Source of the DNA: Williopsis jadinii
Lineage: Eukaryota
Assembly (NCBI GenBank): GCA_024346625.1
Contig: AP024665.1
Coordinates: 806,001 to 870,000 of the forward strand
DNA: 64,000 nucleotides
Direction: 5' to 3'
The first letter of the stretch is position 1. Every line of letters starts with the position of its first letter. The translations under genes and the position numbers were made by a program. Below, piece by piece: positions 1 to 10,785 of the stretch. A model generated the notes under the pieces. The model was not told the origin of the DNA. It saw nothing but the letters and a program-made list of their open reading frames with translations, and did not search any database.

Positions 1-574
1 CTGCTAAATTAAATCAAGACCAACACTAAAGCTCAATTGCAGGCCTTCTAGTGGTGATCTTAAGAGTCTGTAATAGTTTGTTTGAAGAAATAAAAGGCTA
101 ATCAAGTTCCAATCAAACTCCAACTCGTACCCTGGTTTCCGTGGTTGCTGTGTATCGACTTCAGAACACTTCGGAGGAGGATGTGATGTGATGTGATGTA
201 GATTTTTAATACACCTTCAATTCCAATAGTTTGTGTAGTTTCGCTCAATTGATAGAGATCTTAACACGATAGATAAACTTCCAATTGAATCTTCACAGAT
301 GTACGCTTTAAACACTGCTTTTGCAGACTCCTGGGTGTTTAATTCTGCTTTATCCCTTTTCCAAGCTGTGTCGGATTGTGCTGTCTGCCTGTCCATTCCT
401 CACCAGCGGTAAGGGGGAAAAAAGCGGTCCCTGGTCGCTAACCCCCTTTTCAAAATTTACCCGCTGGTTTGTCCGTGGTGTTGTGTTGTGAGATGTCTGG
501 ATGTGTGTAGGTGCTCATAACGCATTGCCCAAAATAGGTATTTCCTGATTCGGATATTAATGTCTCTTTTTCTT

Positions 575-608
575 GCGCGTAGGTACGCGTTGTCATCGTT
601 GAACGCGT
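575..608. promoter_or_regulatory. MCB (MBF-binding) element cluster upstream of NSE3
   Basis: ACGCGT at 585-590 and 603-608 and GCGCGT at 575-580, about 80-115 bp upstream of a DNA-maintenance gene. Confidence 0.65.
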
Positions 609-689
609 AGCTTTTGAGCTTCTTCACATTGTCCACCTTTGGCGGTTGTATTGTATCCCTGCGGGAAGTTTGAGAACGTTTGTGTGAAG

Positions 690-1640
690 ATGTCTGACGC
701 TGAACTGATCACGAGCGATGTTGAAATGGAGCAGGAAGAAGACTTCAGGGGCCAAGGAGAAGAAGAAGTGTATTCTGAATTGGACAAATTGGCCTTCAAG
801 TTGGTGCGAGCATGTCTTTCTCTGAATCTCAACAGCGTTGCCTTGTCCTCCGTCAATCTGAGAAAAGTGGCGTTTGCAGATCAGAAGACTTCCGTTAGTG
901 TGAAGACCTTTGAATTAGCTCTGGAGAAAGCCAATGGGATCCTCCAAGACGTCTACGCGTATGCTGTAGTACCACTGGCTCCAAAGGTGATCACGAGTGC
1001 AAAGGGAACGAAGAGTGTGTCCAAGACCAAACAGTATGCGCTGGTTAATGTCATGAATGATAACCTGTTACGTTTCCACGAGGAGTGCCTCTGGATCAGG
1101 CACACTGAGAAGCTGTTCCCAAGTGAGCTGCTTGAAAAGAGACACGATTACAGAAATTCCAAAGAGAACTTCCCTTATCCGTTCACAGAGACCGATCTCA
1201 TGTTGAGAGGTATTGCAATGGCCGTTGTTATGATAATTGCAGTCTCAAATAACCATATGACAGAAGAAGAACTTCTCAATGTTCTTCAAACCAATTTTGG
1301 CTTCTCAACTACAGAACCTTTGGATGTACTGAATATCTCAACACTGGATCTGCTGAAACTCTTGGATAAGCTTGAATACGTCAACAGAACAGTAATACGT
1401 ACTGAAAATGATGAATTAGCCGAATACACAGTTGGAAGAAGAGGATTGAGGGAAGTGGATAGGGATGCGTTTAGAAGTATTACCCAGGTGCTTTATGACG
1501 AAGGAGAAGAGCGTGCAGAATTCACAAACCTCGTCGATGCAACTATTGAACCTGCTTACGGAAAAGTTGATCGAGCAGATGCTCCAGCTACACAGGGATC
1601 TCGGGAAGAAACGGTTGGTACTGATGAAATCAATAACTAA
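690..1640 (+). CDS. NSE3: Smc5/6 complex MAGE-domain subunit Nse3
   Basis: First ATG is at 690 (ORF track starts at a TTG). The segment ETDLMLRGIAMAVVMIIAVSNNHM...LNISTLDLLKLLDKLEYV...EYTVGRRG resembles the Nse3 C-terminal winged helix. MCB sites lie upstream. Confidence 0.8.
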   Translation: MSDAELITSDVEMEQEEDFRGQGEEEVYSELDKLAFKLVRACLSLNLNSVALSSVNLRKVAFADQKTSVSVKTFELALEKANGILQDVYAYAVVPLAPKVITSAKGTKSVSKTKQYALVNVMNDNLLRFHEECLWIRHTEKLFPSELLEKRHDYRNSKENFPYPFTETDLMLRGIAMAVVMIIAVSNNHMTEEELLNVLQTNFGFSTTEPLDVLNISTLDLLKLLDKLEYVNRTVIRTENDELAEYTVGRRGLREVDRDAFRSITQVLYDEGEERAEFTNLVDATIEPAYGKVDRADAPATQGSREETVGTDEINN

Positions 1641-1703
1641 CTTACATCACTCTACTCAATTATAATAGAAACATACACACCAGTATGAGTTTGTTTTATT
1701 ACT

Positions 1704-4496
1704 TCATCTCTTCTTACTTGGTCTTGCATTCTTCGCACGACGTTTCTCCTTGAGATCTCTAGCCTTTCTAATGTCATCCGTGCTCTTAATCTCAGAGTGC
1801 TGGCCAGCTCTGTTGTAACCTCTAATTCTCTTACCACCTTCAAGTGCCCTGTCGACTTTCTTCTTCTGCTTGTGATAGTCATCTCTGTACTTATCTGGTG
1901 CTCTTGGTGCCTCGTCCTTCTTATGCTTGAATTTTCTATGGTCACCATTGTCATAGGATTTATTCTTATAATCAGCAGATTCTCTAACACCAGTCTTATA
2001 ACCCTGACTTTTATGTGCACTCTTCCACGCATCGTAAACACCAGCACGGTAACTAGCAGGCATTCTCACACCAGATTCACCAATAATGTACTTCTTATCA
2101 GTGGAACGTGAATTGACATACTTGTGCTTCTTCTTATCCCATTGCATAACTGGTGTCTGCTTGTGATTCTGGACCTTGTCATCATCATTAAGATCAAACG
2201 TAGCTGCTGCTGCTTCGTTGGCGAACCCGGAATTGAGAGATAGTTGTTGGTCTTGAATTACACTGGTTGGTGCATAATGAGAAATGAAGAAATTTGGATC
2301 TCTGAATGTCTTCTTCTTCTTAGATGCTATAACATCCTCAGCTGTTTCGAATTCTTGTTCAAGAACCTTATCAGAAACGGAATATCCAACCTCGTCGTCC
2401 TGAGACTTGAAGACTTCTTCAGCCAAGTTGTGGAATAAGCCGGCTTCACGCTCTCTCTCACGAAGTTCCTTCTGTTCCTTAGCACGTCTTTGAATTGGAG
2501 CAATTTGTTTTCTTCTGATGTTCATCAAATCCACAAGAGAATCGTCCTTCTTACCAAATTCAAAAACGGTCTCCTTGTTTCTTCTATTTTGCAACTTTTC
2601 CAAGAATGCCAACTTCTCCTGCTCGAGGTTCTTGCCAAATAGCAAGTTTTGTTCATCCCATCCAGCAGCTTTGATCTCTTTCGCTCTCTTAACAGATTCA
2701 CCACCAGCAGCTTGTCTGGTTCTGAAATATAGTTTCTCTGCCTTTAACGAAACTCCTTGAAGAACCTTCAAATCATAGTTGGTGTTGATGAGGTGCTGGA
2801 ACATTTCCATCATAGCCTCAACGTTGTATCTTGGTGCTGCACCTAAAACCATTCTGTCTGTGTAGTTGACCTTTGGCTCAACATATGATTCGCCCATCTT
2901 CTGCTTCAAAAGCTCGCACTTCTTTTCATACATTGGAGTAAGGAAAATCTTTCTTCCTAGGAACAGTTCAAGATCCAAGAGATATGGTAGTTCACTTTCA
3001 CCAACAATAGAGTAGGCCCAACCTCTGTTACCAGCTCTTGCAGTTCTACCAACTCTATGGATGAAGATCTTTGAAGAGGCAGGAAGGGAATAATTGATAA
3101 CGTTAGCCAAAACCGGAACATCAATACCTCTCGCTGCAACATCTGTAACAACCATGATTGGTGTCAATCCAGCTCTAAAGTTCAGAAGTTGACGTTTTCT
3201 TGCATGTTGATCCAAAGTACCATAGATATAGGAGACTGCATAGCCGGCCTCCTTCAGCATCAATGTCACGTATTCCACATGATGACGTGTTGGAACGAAA
3301 ACAATTGTAGACTGTGGATGTGGTAATTGATTGGCTGGTGGCAGTCTTTGACGTTTGAAGTTTTTCTTTCTCTTGTTGTTCTTTTTATCAGTGTTTTCAT
3401 CAGCGTCAGAATCTGAATCCTGTTGATCATTAGCATTATTCAATTTCTTCAATTCTTCTTGAGTAGCCAAGGGGACTTTAATGACGTCTTGTAAGAGATT
3501 GAACAGGTTCGCCTCTCTTTCACCGTTCTTAGTGGAAATGAAGCACATTTCTAGCTGATCTGATATCTTAGTCTCAGCGTCCAATCTAACCAATACTGGG
3601 TTTGTTAGACCAGCTTTTGCAAAGTCCACCAGAGATCTCGGTAAAGTTGCAGAGAACAACAGCGATTGCCTATTAGCTGGAAGGGAGCCGATTAGCTCCG
3701 TCAATTGATCTTCGAACCCCATCTCGAACAATCTATCAGCCTCGTCAAATACAACGTACTCAACGGACTTTAAGTCTAACTTCATCTCAATCTTCAAATG
3801 CAAGAAACGACCTGGCGTTGCAACAATGATATCCGGGTTTGTCATCATCATGTTGAACTGATCCTCAAGAGAATCACCACCGATGAGCAGTACACTTCTC
3901 AGATCCAAGCCTCTTGAGAAGTCTTTCAGAACTTTGAACGTTTGAATCGCCAATTCTCTCGAAGGTGAAAGAACAATGGCTCTCACACCAACCTTTGCAG
4001 AGTGCATCTTCAGCTTTTCAATCAGAGGTAAGGAGAACGCCGCTGTTTTACCAGAACCGGTTCTCGCCATACCAACGATATCTCTGTTCTGTAAGATTAA
4101 AGGAATGGTCTTTCTTTGAATCGGCGTTGGCTGTTTGAAACCCTTCTTGGAGATGTTGTTCAAGATAGGCTTGGACAACCCAAAGCTTGCGAATGTACCA
4201 CCTTTCGCCTTATTCTGTTGAGGCTGGTTGTTGAAGTAGTTTGCGAAATCAATATCATCCTTGGTCTTTTTAGTATCCTCCTCGTCATCGGACAGCTCCA
4301 AGCTCGGGAAACTCTGCTTTGCGACTTCAACTTTCTTCTTCTTTTGTACTGGCTGCTCATCCTCATCTTCACTAGAGATGATTTCATCCTGCACTTCACC
4401 ATACTCCTGTTCCTCATCTGAAGAGTAAGCTTCAGAGTCGGAACCTGCGTTAAGCGCAATGTTACTAGCAATATCAAACTCCTCGTCACTGTCCAT
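1704..4496 (-). CDS. DBP10: DEAD-box RNA helicase Dbp10 (60S biogenesis)
   Basis: Motifs ARTGSGKT, DEAD, SAT and HRVGRTARAG, plus a DBP10-type C-terminus (WDKKKHKYV, GESGVRMPASY). Confidence 0.96.
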   Translation of the reverse strand: MDSDEEFDIASNIALNAGSDSEAYSSDEEQEYGEVQDEIISSEDEDEQPVQKKKKVEVAKQSFPSLELSDDEEDTKKTKDDIDFANYFNNQPQQNKAKGGTFASFGLSKPILNNISKKGFKQPTPIQRKTIPLILQNRDIVGMARTGSGKTAAFSLPLIEKLKMHSAKVGVRAIVLSPSRELAIQTFKVLKDFSRGLDLRSVLLIGGDSLEDQFNMMMTNPDIIVATPGRFLHLKIEMKLDLKSVEYVVFDEADRLFEMGFEDQLTELIGSLPANRQSLLFSATLPRSLVDFAKAGLTNPVLVRLDAETKISDQLEMCFISTKNGEREANLFNLLQDVIKVPLATQEELKKLNNANDQQDSDSDADENTDKKNNKRKKNFKRQRLPPANQLPHPQSTIVFVPTRHHVEYVTLMLKEAGYAVSYIYGTLDQHARKRQLLNFRAGLTPIMVVTDVAARGIDVPVLANVINYSLPASSKIFIHRVGRTARAGNRGWAYSIVGESELPYLLDLELFLGRKIFLTPMYEKKCELLKQKMGESYVEPKVNYTDRMVLGAAPRYNVEAMMEMFQHLINTNYDLKVLQGVSLKAEKLYFRTRQAAGGESVKRAKEIKAAGWDEQNLLFGKNLEQEKLAFLEKLQNRRNKETVFEFGKKDDSLVDLMNIRRKQIAPIQRRAKEQKELREREREAGLFHNLAEEVFKSQDDEVGYSVSDKVLEQEFETAEDVIASKKKKTFRDPNFFISHYAPTSVIQDQQLSLNSGFANEAAAATFDLNDDDKVQNHKQTPVMQWDKKKHKYVNSRSTDKKYIIGESGVRMPASYRAGVYDAWKSAHKSQGYKTGVRESADYKNKSYDNGDHRKFKHKKDEAPRAPDKYRDDYHKQKKKVDRALEGGKRIRGYNRAGQHSEIKSTDDIRKARDLKEKRRAKNARPSKKR

Positions 4497-4553
4497 GGGG
4501 TCGAATGCGCTGTATACAAAGATTTAGCCGAGTATTAATAGTGAAGAGAGCTT

Positions 4554-4579
4554 GCGATGAGCTTCATAAAAAGTTTTTC
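4554..4579. promoter_or_regulatory. PAC and RRPE-like elements in the DBP10 promoter
   Basis: GCGATGAG at 4554-4561, followed by AAAAAGTTTTTC. Confidence 0.65.
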
Positions 4580-5182
4580 CCCCTCAAGCACTTCCTGTTT
4601 AGGTAATACTGGTATGAGTGCTTATGTAAGCAGAATGTGTTTCCCCTAACGTAATTATTCACCACACAAGAAATGTATCGGTAGGAACACGACTTCTACC
4701 ATCCCCTAAACCTTAATCTCCTCATCATCGCATAAGCCGACCTCTGCCTCTAGTGAAAGGGCCTCAATGGGCTAAATATTCACCCGGCATCAGCACTGTT
4801 GGCACCAGAGTCGTGGAGAGCGATCTCGATTGCGGACGTCTTAAGTAAATGTAGAGGAATTGCCAAAACAACTCAATTCCGGTTCTCGATCCAAATGAAC
4901 CGACCGTTTTACAACGTTGTAACGGTTTCTATGTTCCATGTTGAGGCGCAGCCTTTAGGCACGATATGCGTGCATCATGGCCGTTTTTTGTTTACAGCAC
5001 TGGTTACCGATTTCCCATATAGGAAATCAGTCATCAAGGAGAAAGAGAAGAGAGAGACAGAGGACAAACATGTGGAGATGAGCTGCTCTATATAATTGGG
5101 GTGTTTCTCCATTCCCTGCTGAGCTAGTAAGCAAATTGTGGTTGATACGCTTGATACTGGTACGTTTCTTAATCCATCAGCA

Positions 5183-6376
5183 ATGACAAAGCTATGGCTC
5201 TTCCACAATGCGAGGACGATACGGCGATCCGTGGGCTTAGCGGTCACCATTTTGGGCCTCATGCTAGTTCTGTCGAGGCTCACGCTCTACTCTTATGATT
5301 TCTATAGATATCAACAATATTTATACTTGCTAGGTGGACAAACTGCTCCTCAGAACAATGTGCGGGCTCAGACTACTGACTACGTCTCTGAATACCCAGC
5401 TGATGATATGAGGAGACAATTAGCCGAACAGTTTCCCTACGATACACGATCTGATATCCCAAAGACGATATGGCAAACTTGGAAGGAGCCACTCCATCAG
5501 ATCAAAAATAAAGAGCTTGTTGATTGTATAGGATCGTGGGTTTCACAGGATGGTTATGATCATCATCTAATGCTGGACAAGGACATTGATGCATTCTTAG
5601 ACGAGACGTACAATGCATTCCCCCAGATCATAGAGGCTATGAGCCTCATGCCTCTACCCATTCTGAAGTTTGATTTCTTTAGGTACTTGGTCATATATGC
5701 CAAAGGTGGTATATACTCCGATATCGATACCATGCTATTTGCCAGTATTGATGAGTGGAAGGATAGTACCTCGGTCCTACACGATATCTATCCAGATCTC
5801 AATTCAAACATTGGGCTTGTCGTTGGCGTTGAGGCTGACTTGGATCGTCCAGACTGGAGATTCAGGGCATGCCGTCGTCTGCAGTTTTGTCAATGGACAA
5901 TAAAGGGAAAGAAGGGCCATCCGGTATTACGAGAGTTGATCTACAGCATAACAAAGATCACACTGGAGCAGTACTCCAAACGATTGAACCATGTACGGAT
6001 TGGCTCTGAATATTTCACCTTGAATTCACTGTATACAGTTTTAGAATGGACTGGGCCCGGAATCTTCACAGACACCATTTTCAACCACCTGAATAAAGTC
6101 TTCGACCCTGATAGATGGTTCAACTCCAATGCACCTCCCCGGCTAGAAGTTGAAACATTCGATAAGTATAACACAGAGAGGAACCACATATCTGTGGATA
6201 AGCCTCTGGGCTGGAATAACTTCACACGCGTGACAGTGCCAATGGTGGTTGATGACGTTGTGATACTACCGATCAATTGCTTCAATGCGGAGTTGGGGCC
6301 AGATGGAATTGAATTTGAAGTTGATAGAGAGCTCGAATATGTGAAACACAACTTCATTGGCTCATGGAAAGGCTGA
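5183..6376 (+). CDS. Alpha-1,6-mannosyltransferase, OCH1/HOC1 family (GT32)
   Basis: ATG at 5183; type II membrane anchor; motifs IPKTIWQTWK, DFFRYLVIYAKGGIYSDIDT, LQFCQWTIKGKKGHPVL, WTGPGIFTD and HNFIGSWK. Confidence 0.9.
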   Translation: MTKLWLFHNARTIRRSVGLAVTILGLMLVLSRLTLYSYDFYRYQQYLYLLGGQTAPQNNVRAQTTDYVSEYPADDMRRQLAEQFPYDTRSDIPKTIWQTWKEPLHQIKNKELVDCIGSWVSQDGYDHHLMLDKDIDAFLDETYNAFPQIIEAMSLMPLPILKFDFFRYLVIYAKGGIYSDIDTMLFASIDEWKDSTSVLHDIYPDLNSNIGLVVGVEADLDRPDWRFRACRRLQFCQWTIKGKKGHPVLRELIYSITKITLEQYSKRLNHVRIGSEYFTLNSLYTVLEWTGPGIFTDTIFNHLNKVFDPDRWFNSNAPPRLEVETFDKYNTERNHISVDKPLGWNNFTRVTVPMVVDDVVILPINCFNAELGPDGIEFEVDRELEYVKHNFIGSWKG

Positions 6377-6500
6377 GATTCAATATACAAAGACACCAGG
6401 TAAATCTATACACTCCATAGATTAACATAATGTGATGATGTACTTCCGTAACTTCCCGTTCCAGTAATTGCCTATTCCGGGAGTTTCCCGAGACTTTTTT

Positions 6501-6547
6501 AATTTTTCACCGATTTTTTTTTCTCCCTTGATGAGCTGTGCGATGAG
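6501..6547. promoter_or_regulatory. RRPE and two PAC elements in the TRF4 promoter
   Basis: AATTTTTCA at 6501-6509, GATGAG at 6530-6535 and GCGATGAG at 6540-6547. Confidence 0.65.
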
Positions 6548-6614
6548 TTTTCTTTTCTTCTGTGCAATGGAGAAGAGCCCATAGCTGAGTATCGGGTGCT
6601 GAGGAGCTTGAAGA

Positions 6615-8360
6615 ATGGGTAAGAGCTCACAGAAGTCTTCCAAGAAGACTGCGAAGTCTATTATCAATAAGATTGGCCAGTCCTTTGACGTTTTCAGAAG
6701 CAAAGCGCATGAAAATCACTACGATTCTTTAACAGTTGACGATGAGGATGAACATGAACAAAGGAAGCCATCGGACGATATTGTTCTGATAGATGATGAG
6801 AGCGATGGTGAGAATGAGAACAGCCTAATACAGGACCCAATAAACGTTAATGAACCTGTTGAAAGTATAAAGCAAGCTGAGCATAACGAACTGGCTGATA
6901 ACAATGACTTCATCTCATTGAATTTTTCTGACACTGACGATGAAGGTGAAGCCGGTTATGTCGATAACGAAGAAGATGCATATTCCGTTGACGATTACGA
7001 GACGAATATTGATCCCAACGCACCAATACTAAACGTGGATGCACCTTGGATACAGAACCACGATCATTCAGAACAGAAGGAGGTTGCGGACTGGCTAACG
7101 ATGGAGATAAACGACTTTGTTGCCTACATTTCACCTTCGAAGCACGAAATAGAAGCTAGAAACACGTGCATCACTCAGTTAAGGCAGTGCATTAACAAGT
7201 TATGGAAGGATTGTGAAGTGCACGTGTTTGGATCGAGCGCTACAGATTTGTATCTTCCTGGCTCCGATATCGACATGGTCATTGTGAGTGAACACGGTAA
7301 CTATGGAACCCGTAACAATTTGTATCAACTATCCTCGCATCTCAAGAGAAACGGGCTCGCAACCAACGTGGAGGTTGTTGCACACGCCAGAGTACCCATC
7401 ATCAAGCTGACTGAGCCACACACAAACATCCATATCGATATATCGTTTGAGCGTACCAACGGTATACAAGCTGCTACTGTGATATTAGACTGGCTGAAGG
7501 ACACTCCCGGGCTAAGAGAGCTGGTATTGGTCATTAAACAGTTTCTTGCCGTGAGAAAGCTGAACAACGTCCGCCACGGAGGACTCGGCGGTTATTCCAC
7601 CATTTGTCTCGTGTATTCCTTCTTGAGACTCCATCCAAGGATCAGCACAGGCAACATCGACGCCCTGAGCAACCTGGGCGTGCTGCTGATCGAGTTCTTC
7701 GAGCTCTACGGTAAGAACTTCAACTACGACGACGTCGTGATATGTGTTGAAACCGACCACGTCTGTTACCTTAAAAAGTCCGAGTACAGGGACATGCAAG
7801 GCCGCTCTTCGTTCACGCTAGCGATCATGGACCCTTCAGACTCCTCGAATAACATAAGCAGGGGCTCGTTCAACGTTCTTGGGCTGAAGAAGGCATTCAA
7901 CGGTGCTTTTTGGTCACTGGCTAACCAGTGCTACGACTTGGAGATGGCCACTTATAAGCAGAGAATCGGCAAGAGCGTGTTGGGAAGCATAGTCAAGTAC
8001 CGCGGCAAGGAGAGAGACTTCAACGACGAGAGGTCGCTGGTACTGAACCAGGCAATGAGTGAAGTTGGCTCGGTGTTTGGCGTACAGTCGTATTACTCCG
8101 AGCAGAGCGTCAGCTCTGAGGAGGAAGCTGAGCCGGAGCCAAAGAGAAAGAAGGCAAAGATCGAATCCCAGAAGCAGAAGCAACAGAGAAAGCGCAAGGT
8201 GGAAGACCTGATGGGGCTGGAGCACAGCAACGATGAGGATCAGCACGATGCAGATCAACCAGCAGAGCATGCGATGAAGAAGAGCACCTCATCCTCCTCA
8301 AGTCTCGATAAGAAGGCCAAGAGGGACTACTGGACACAGAAGGGCAATGCCATCGCATGA
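6615..8360 (+). CDS. PAP2: TRAMP non-canonical poly(A) polymerase Trf4/5
   Basis: Motifs FGSSATDLYLPGSDID, ARVPIIK, GGLGGY and NLGVLLIEFFELYG. It is adjacent to PTH4, as YOL115W/YOL114C are in S. cerevisiae. Confidence 0.94.
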   Translation: MGKSSQKSSKKTAKSIINKIGQSFDVFRSKAHENHYDSLTVDDEDEHEQRKPSDDIVLIDDESDGENENSLIQDPINVNEPVESIKQAEHNELADNNDFISLNFSDTDDEGEAGYVDNEEDAYSVDDYETNIDPNAPILNVDAPWIQNHDHSEQKEVADWLTMEINDFVAYISPSKHEIEARNTCITQLRQCINKLWKDCEVHVFGSSATDLYLPGSDIDMVIVSEHGNYGTRNNLYQLSSHLKRNGLATNVEVVAHARVPIIKLTEPHTNIHIDISFERTNGIQAATVILDWLKDTPGLRELVLVIKQFLAVRKLNNVRHGGLGGYSTICLVYSFLRLHPRISTGNIDALSNLGVLLIEFFELYGKNFNYDDVVICVETDHVCYLKKSEYRDMQGRSSFTLAIMDPSDSSNNISRGSFNVLGLKKAFNGAFWSLANQCYDLEMATYKQRIGKSVLGSIVKYRGKERDFNDERSLVLNQAMSEVGSVFGVQSYYSEQSVSSEEEAEPEPKRKKAKIESQKQKQQRKRKVEDLMGLEHSNDEDQHDADQPAEHAMKKSTSSSSSLDKKAKRDYWTQKGNAIA

Positions 8361-8406
8361 TTGGCTTCTATATGGCCACGTTGTTAATACATACGCATAG
8401 ATATCA

Positions 8407-8877
8407 CTAGAATTCGAACCTCTTTGATTCCTTCTTCATGGAACGGCGCTTCTTGTCGTGTAGTCTCTGTTCGTTAGTCCTTTTCCTCACCTGAACCCAC
8501 TTCTGCCTGTCCTCTTCACTCACTTCGCCGGGGAACGTCACCAACCTCCGTAGCTCGCTGCAGAACTTGTCGTAGCACAGCTGCTCATTCTGGTCCCTCG
8601 ACCGTAGAGTATCGTTCTGGATCACGATATCGCCTCTCTTGGTGATGTAGCGGTACTTATTCTCCACCATCTGTCGCTTGATCTCTTGAGGAATCCACAT
8701 CTTTGCGTGCCACTGTGGCAACACCACTGTGGCCTTGGAGCTGGTCTTGTTGACCTTTTGGCCACCGGGGCCCGAAGACCTGCTGAACGACACCTGGAAG
8801 TCGTCCTTTGGTAGCAATGACGGTGAGAGCTTCTTGATCCATTGCTTGGCCAGCTGGATCTCTTTGGACAACGGCAT
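8407..8877 (-). CDS. PTH4: ICT1-like codon-independent peptidyl-tRNA hydrolase
   Basis: RSSGPGGQKVNK GGQ motif, basic C-terminal tail, synteny with TRF4. Confidence 0.88.
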   Translation of the reverse strand: MPLSKEIQLAKQWIKKLSPSLLPKDDFQVSFSRSSGPGGQKVNKTSSKATVVLPQWHAKMWIPQEIKRQMVENKYRYITKRGDIVIQNDTLRSRDQNEQLCYDKFCSELRRLVTFPGEVSEEDRQKWVQVRKRTNEQRLHDKKRRSMKKESKRFEF

Positions 8878-9161
8878 CGCCTGGGGGACCTCGGGACGTT
8901 GGCAATATGCTGCTCTTTTGCATCACAAACTGCAACACTCTCCGCTCATTCGGATTGCGAATTTTAGTCCATCTCGTCACCCGTTCAGCACACACTGCAA
9001 ACACTGCAAACACTGCACGCAGAGCACACAGCAAACATCACCTTGCACCCCCTTTTCTCCCTTTTTTTCGCTTGATTCATTGTGGAAACATCATCTTCTT
9101 TTTATTCTACCCTCAATTGCTGTAACCGCCAACCACCGCCTCCACCAACGGAATCCACAGT

Positions 9162-9695
9162 ATGCTCAGAACAACAAGACTATCCGCCCTACGTAACTTC
9201 TCCTCCAGCGCACGCGCTTTCCTCCAAGCTGGTGATTCGATCCCATCAGTCTCCACGCTCCGTGAGGGATCTCCGGGCAATGAGGTTGATCTTGCGGAGC
9301 TGACCAAGAGCGGTAAATCCATCATCGTTGGTGTTCCAGGTGCGTTCTCCCCAGCGTGCTCCGCCTCGCACGTTCCAGGCTACACCAACAACTTGGATAA
9401 GTTTGAATCAAAGGGCTACAAGGTGTTTGTCACTGGTGTTAACGATAGCTTTGTCTTCAAGGCCTGGGCGGAGTCTCTGAATGCGCCAGAGTCCGTCCGC
9501 TTCATCGCTGACCCTTCCGGCGACTTTGCAAAGGCCTCTGACCTGGCTATTGACGCTTCAAAGTTCTTTGGAGGCGTAAGAGCAAAGAGATTTGCTCTTA
9601 TCGTTGACAACGGCGAAGTCGTCAAGCAATTGGACGAGCCTGACAACTTTAGCGTCAACGTCTCCTCCGCCGAGAACGTGTTGAAGGAGATCTAA
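9162..9695 (+). CDS. Prx5/Ahp1-type peroxiredoxin with a mitochondrial presequence
   Basis: Peroxidatic motif VPGAFSPACSASHVPGY and NDSFV; N-terminus MLRTTRLSALRNFSSSARAF is typical of a mitochondrial targeting sequence. Confidence 0.9.
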   Translation: MLRTTRLSALRNFSSSARAFLQAGDSIPSVSTLREGSPGNEVDLAELTKSGKSIIVGVPGAFSPACSASHVPGYTNNLDKFESKGYKVFVTGVNDSFVFKAWAESLNAPESVRFIADPSGDFAKASDLAIDASKFFGGVRAKRFALIVDNGEVVKQLDEPDNFSVNVSSAENVLKEI

Positions 9696-9902
9696 GTAAA
9701 ATATATAAGAAATAATCGGATTATCTACATCTCCCTGTGCTTTTGTTGGAGTAACTGAGTAGGCCGGTTGTTGATGCTTGTGTGTATGATGTTTTTTTGA
9801 GCGAAACCACCTACAAAAATCACTTCTTAGGCACTGTAAACAAAGGCAACAACAGTGTATCTCTCATTATATTCAAAACGACGGCTTGAAGGGATAAAGA
9901 AC

Positions 9903-10430
9903 ATGGTTGAAGAGTCCAAGCAGGTCAACAACGGCGCTCAGGTGCCTAAGGATGACGAAGAAGAGGAACAACAACAGATCCTGGCTAATCGTGCGCTCTT
10001 TGCCCAAACATTGACGTTTAACGTCATTGGCCGTTATGATCCAAAGCTGTCCAATTTGCTCTTGACTCAGGCAAATTCTCAGATCTACGAGTACGATTTG
10101 GACTCTGGGGAGTGGTTGAAACTGCCCTTTAGAGGTCCCCTGGCTATTTACTCACGTTCTGGCTATGAAGATGATGACGGGTACCACGCTGGGTTGATTG
10201 TGCTCAACAAGGAAAAGGTTGAAAACTTCAGCATTGGCATCATGAGTGTCAAAAATAGTACTAAACTCGATAAAGGAGAGATGAAAGTGGAGGATATCGA
10301 ATCCCTGACAGTGATAAAGAGCACCGATGGTAAAACCTATGGTATTTGGGTACAAGATGATAAGGAATCGCTGTATAATCTGTTGGTTACTCTAATCCAG
10401 GATGAAACAACACATCCACAGTCTGAGTGA
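9903..10430 (+). CDS. DCP1: mRNA decapping subunit Dcp1 (EVH1 domain)
   Basis: ATG at 9903; motifs LTFNVIGRYDP, GLIVLNK and TYGIWV; DCP1-SPT20-PEX11 order matches YOL149W-147C. Confidence 0.9.
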   Translation: MVEESKQVNNGAQVPKDDEEEEQQQILANRALFAQTLTFNVIGRYDPKLSNLLLTQANSQIYEYDLDSGEWLKLPFRGPLAIYSRSGYEDDDGYHAGLIVLNKEKVENFSIGIMSVKNSTKLDKGEMKVEDIESLTVIKSTDGKTYGIWVQDDKESLYNLLVTLIQDETTHPQSE

Positions 10431-10509
10431 ATGGATTTAAAGAAAGGCATTAACTAAAACATAACATGTAGTATACAGGATCATAAAAATACAACAAGAA
10501 AAACACAGT

Positions 10510-10754
10510 TCATTGTTTCTCCGGGTTCTGCTTCTTCTTCTTGTAGGTACCACGCTTCTTCTTTGGTGGTTCCTGGATTTCTGCTCCTGGCAGTGTCTTG
10601 TCGGAATATCCAGGTAGAGTTTTACCAGCAACGTTCTTCTTAGCTGGACTGTTGTTGTTCTTACGTGATGTTTTCTTCTTTGTAGTGCCTGGAGTAGATG
10701 TGGCTTGATTCGCTGAGGAATCACCAACAGCACCATTTTGAGGCTTCTGTTGCT

Positions 10755-10785
<31 letters not shown>

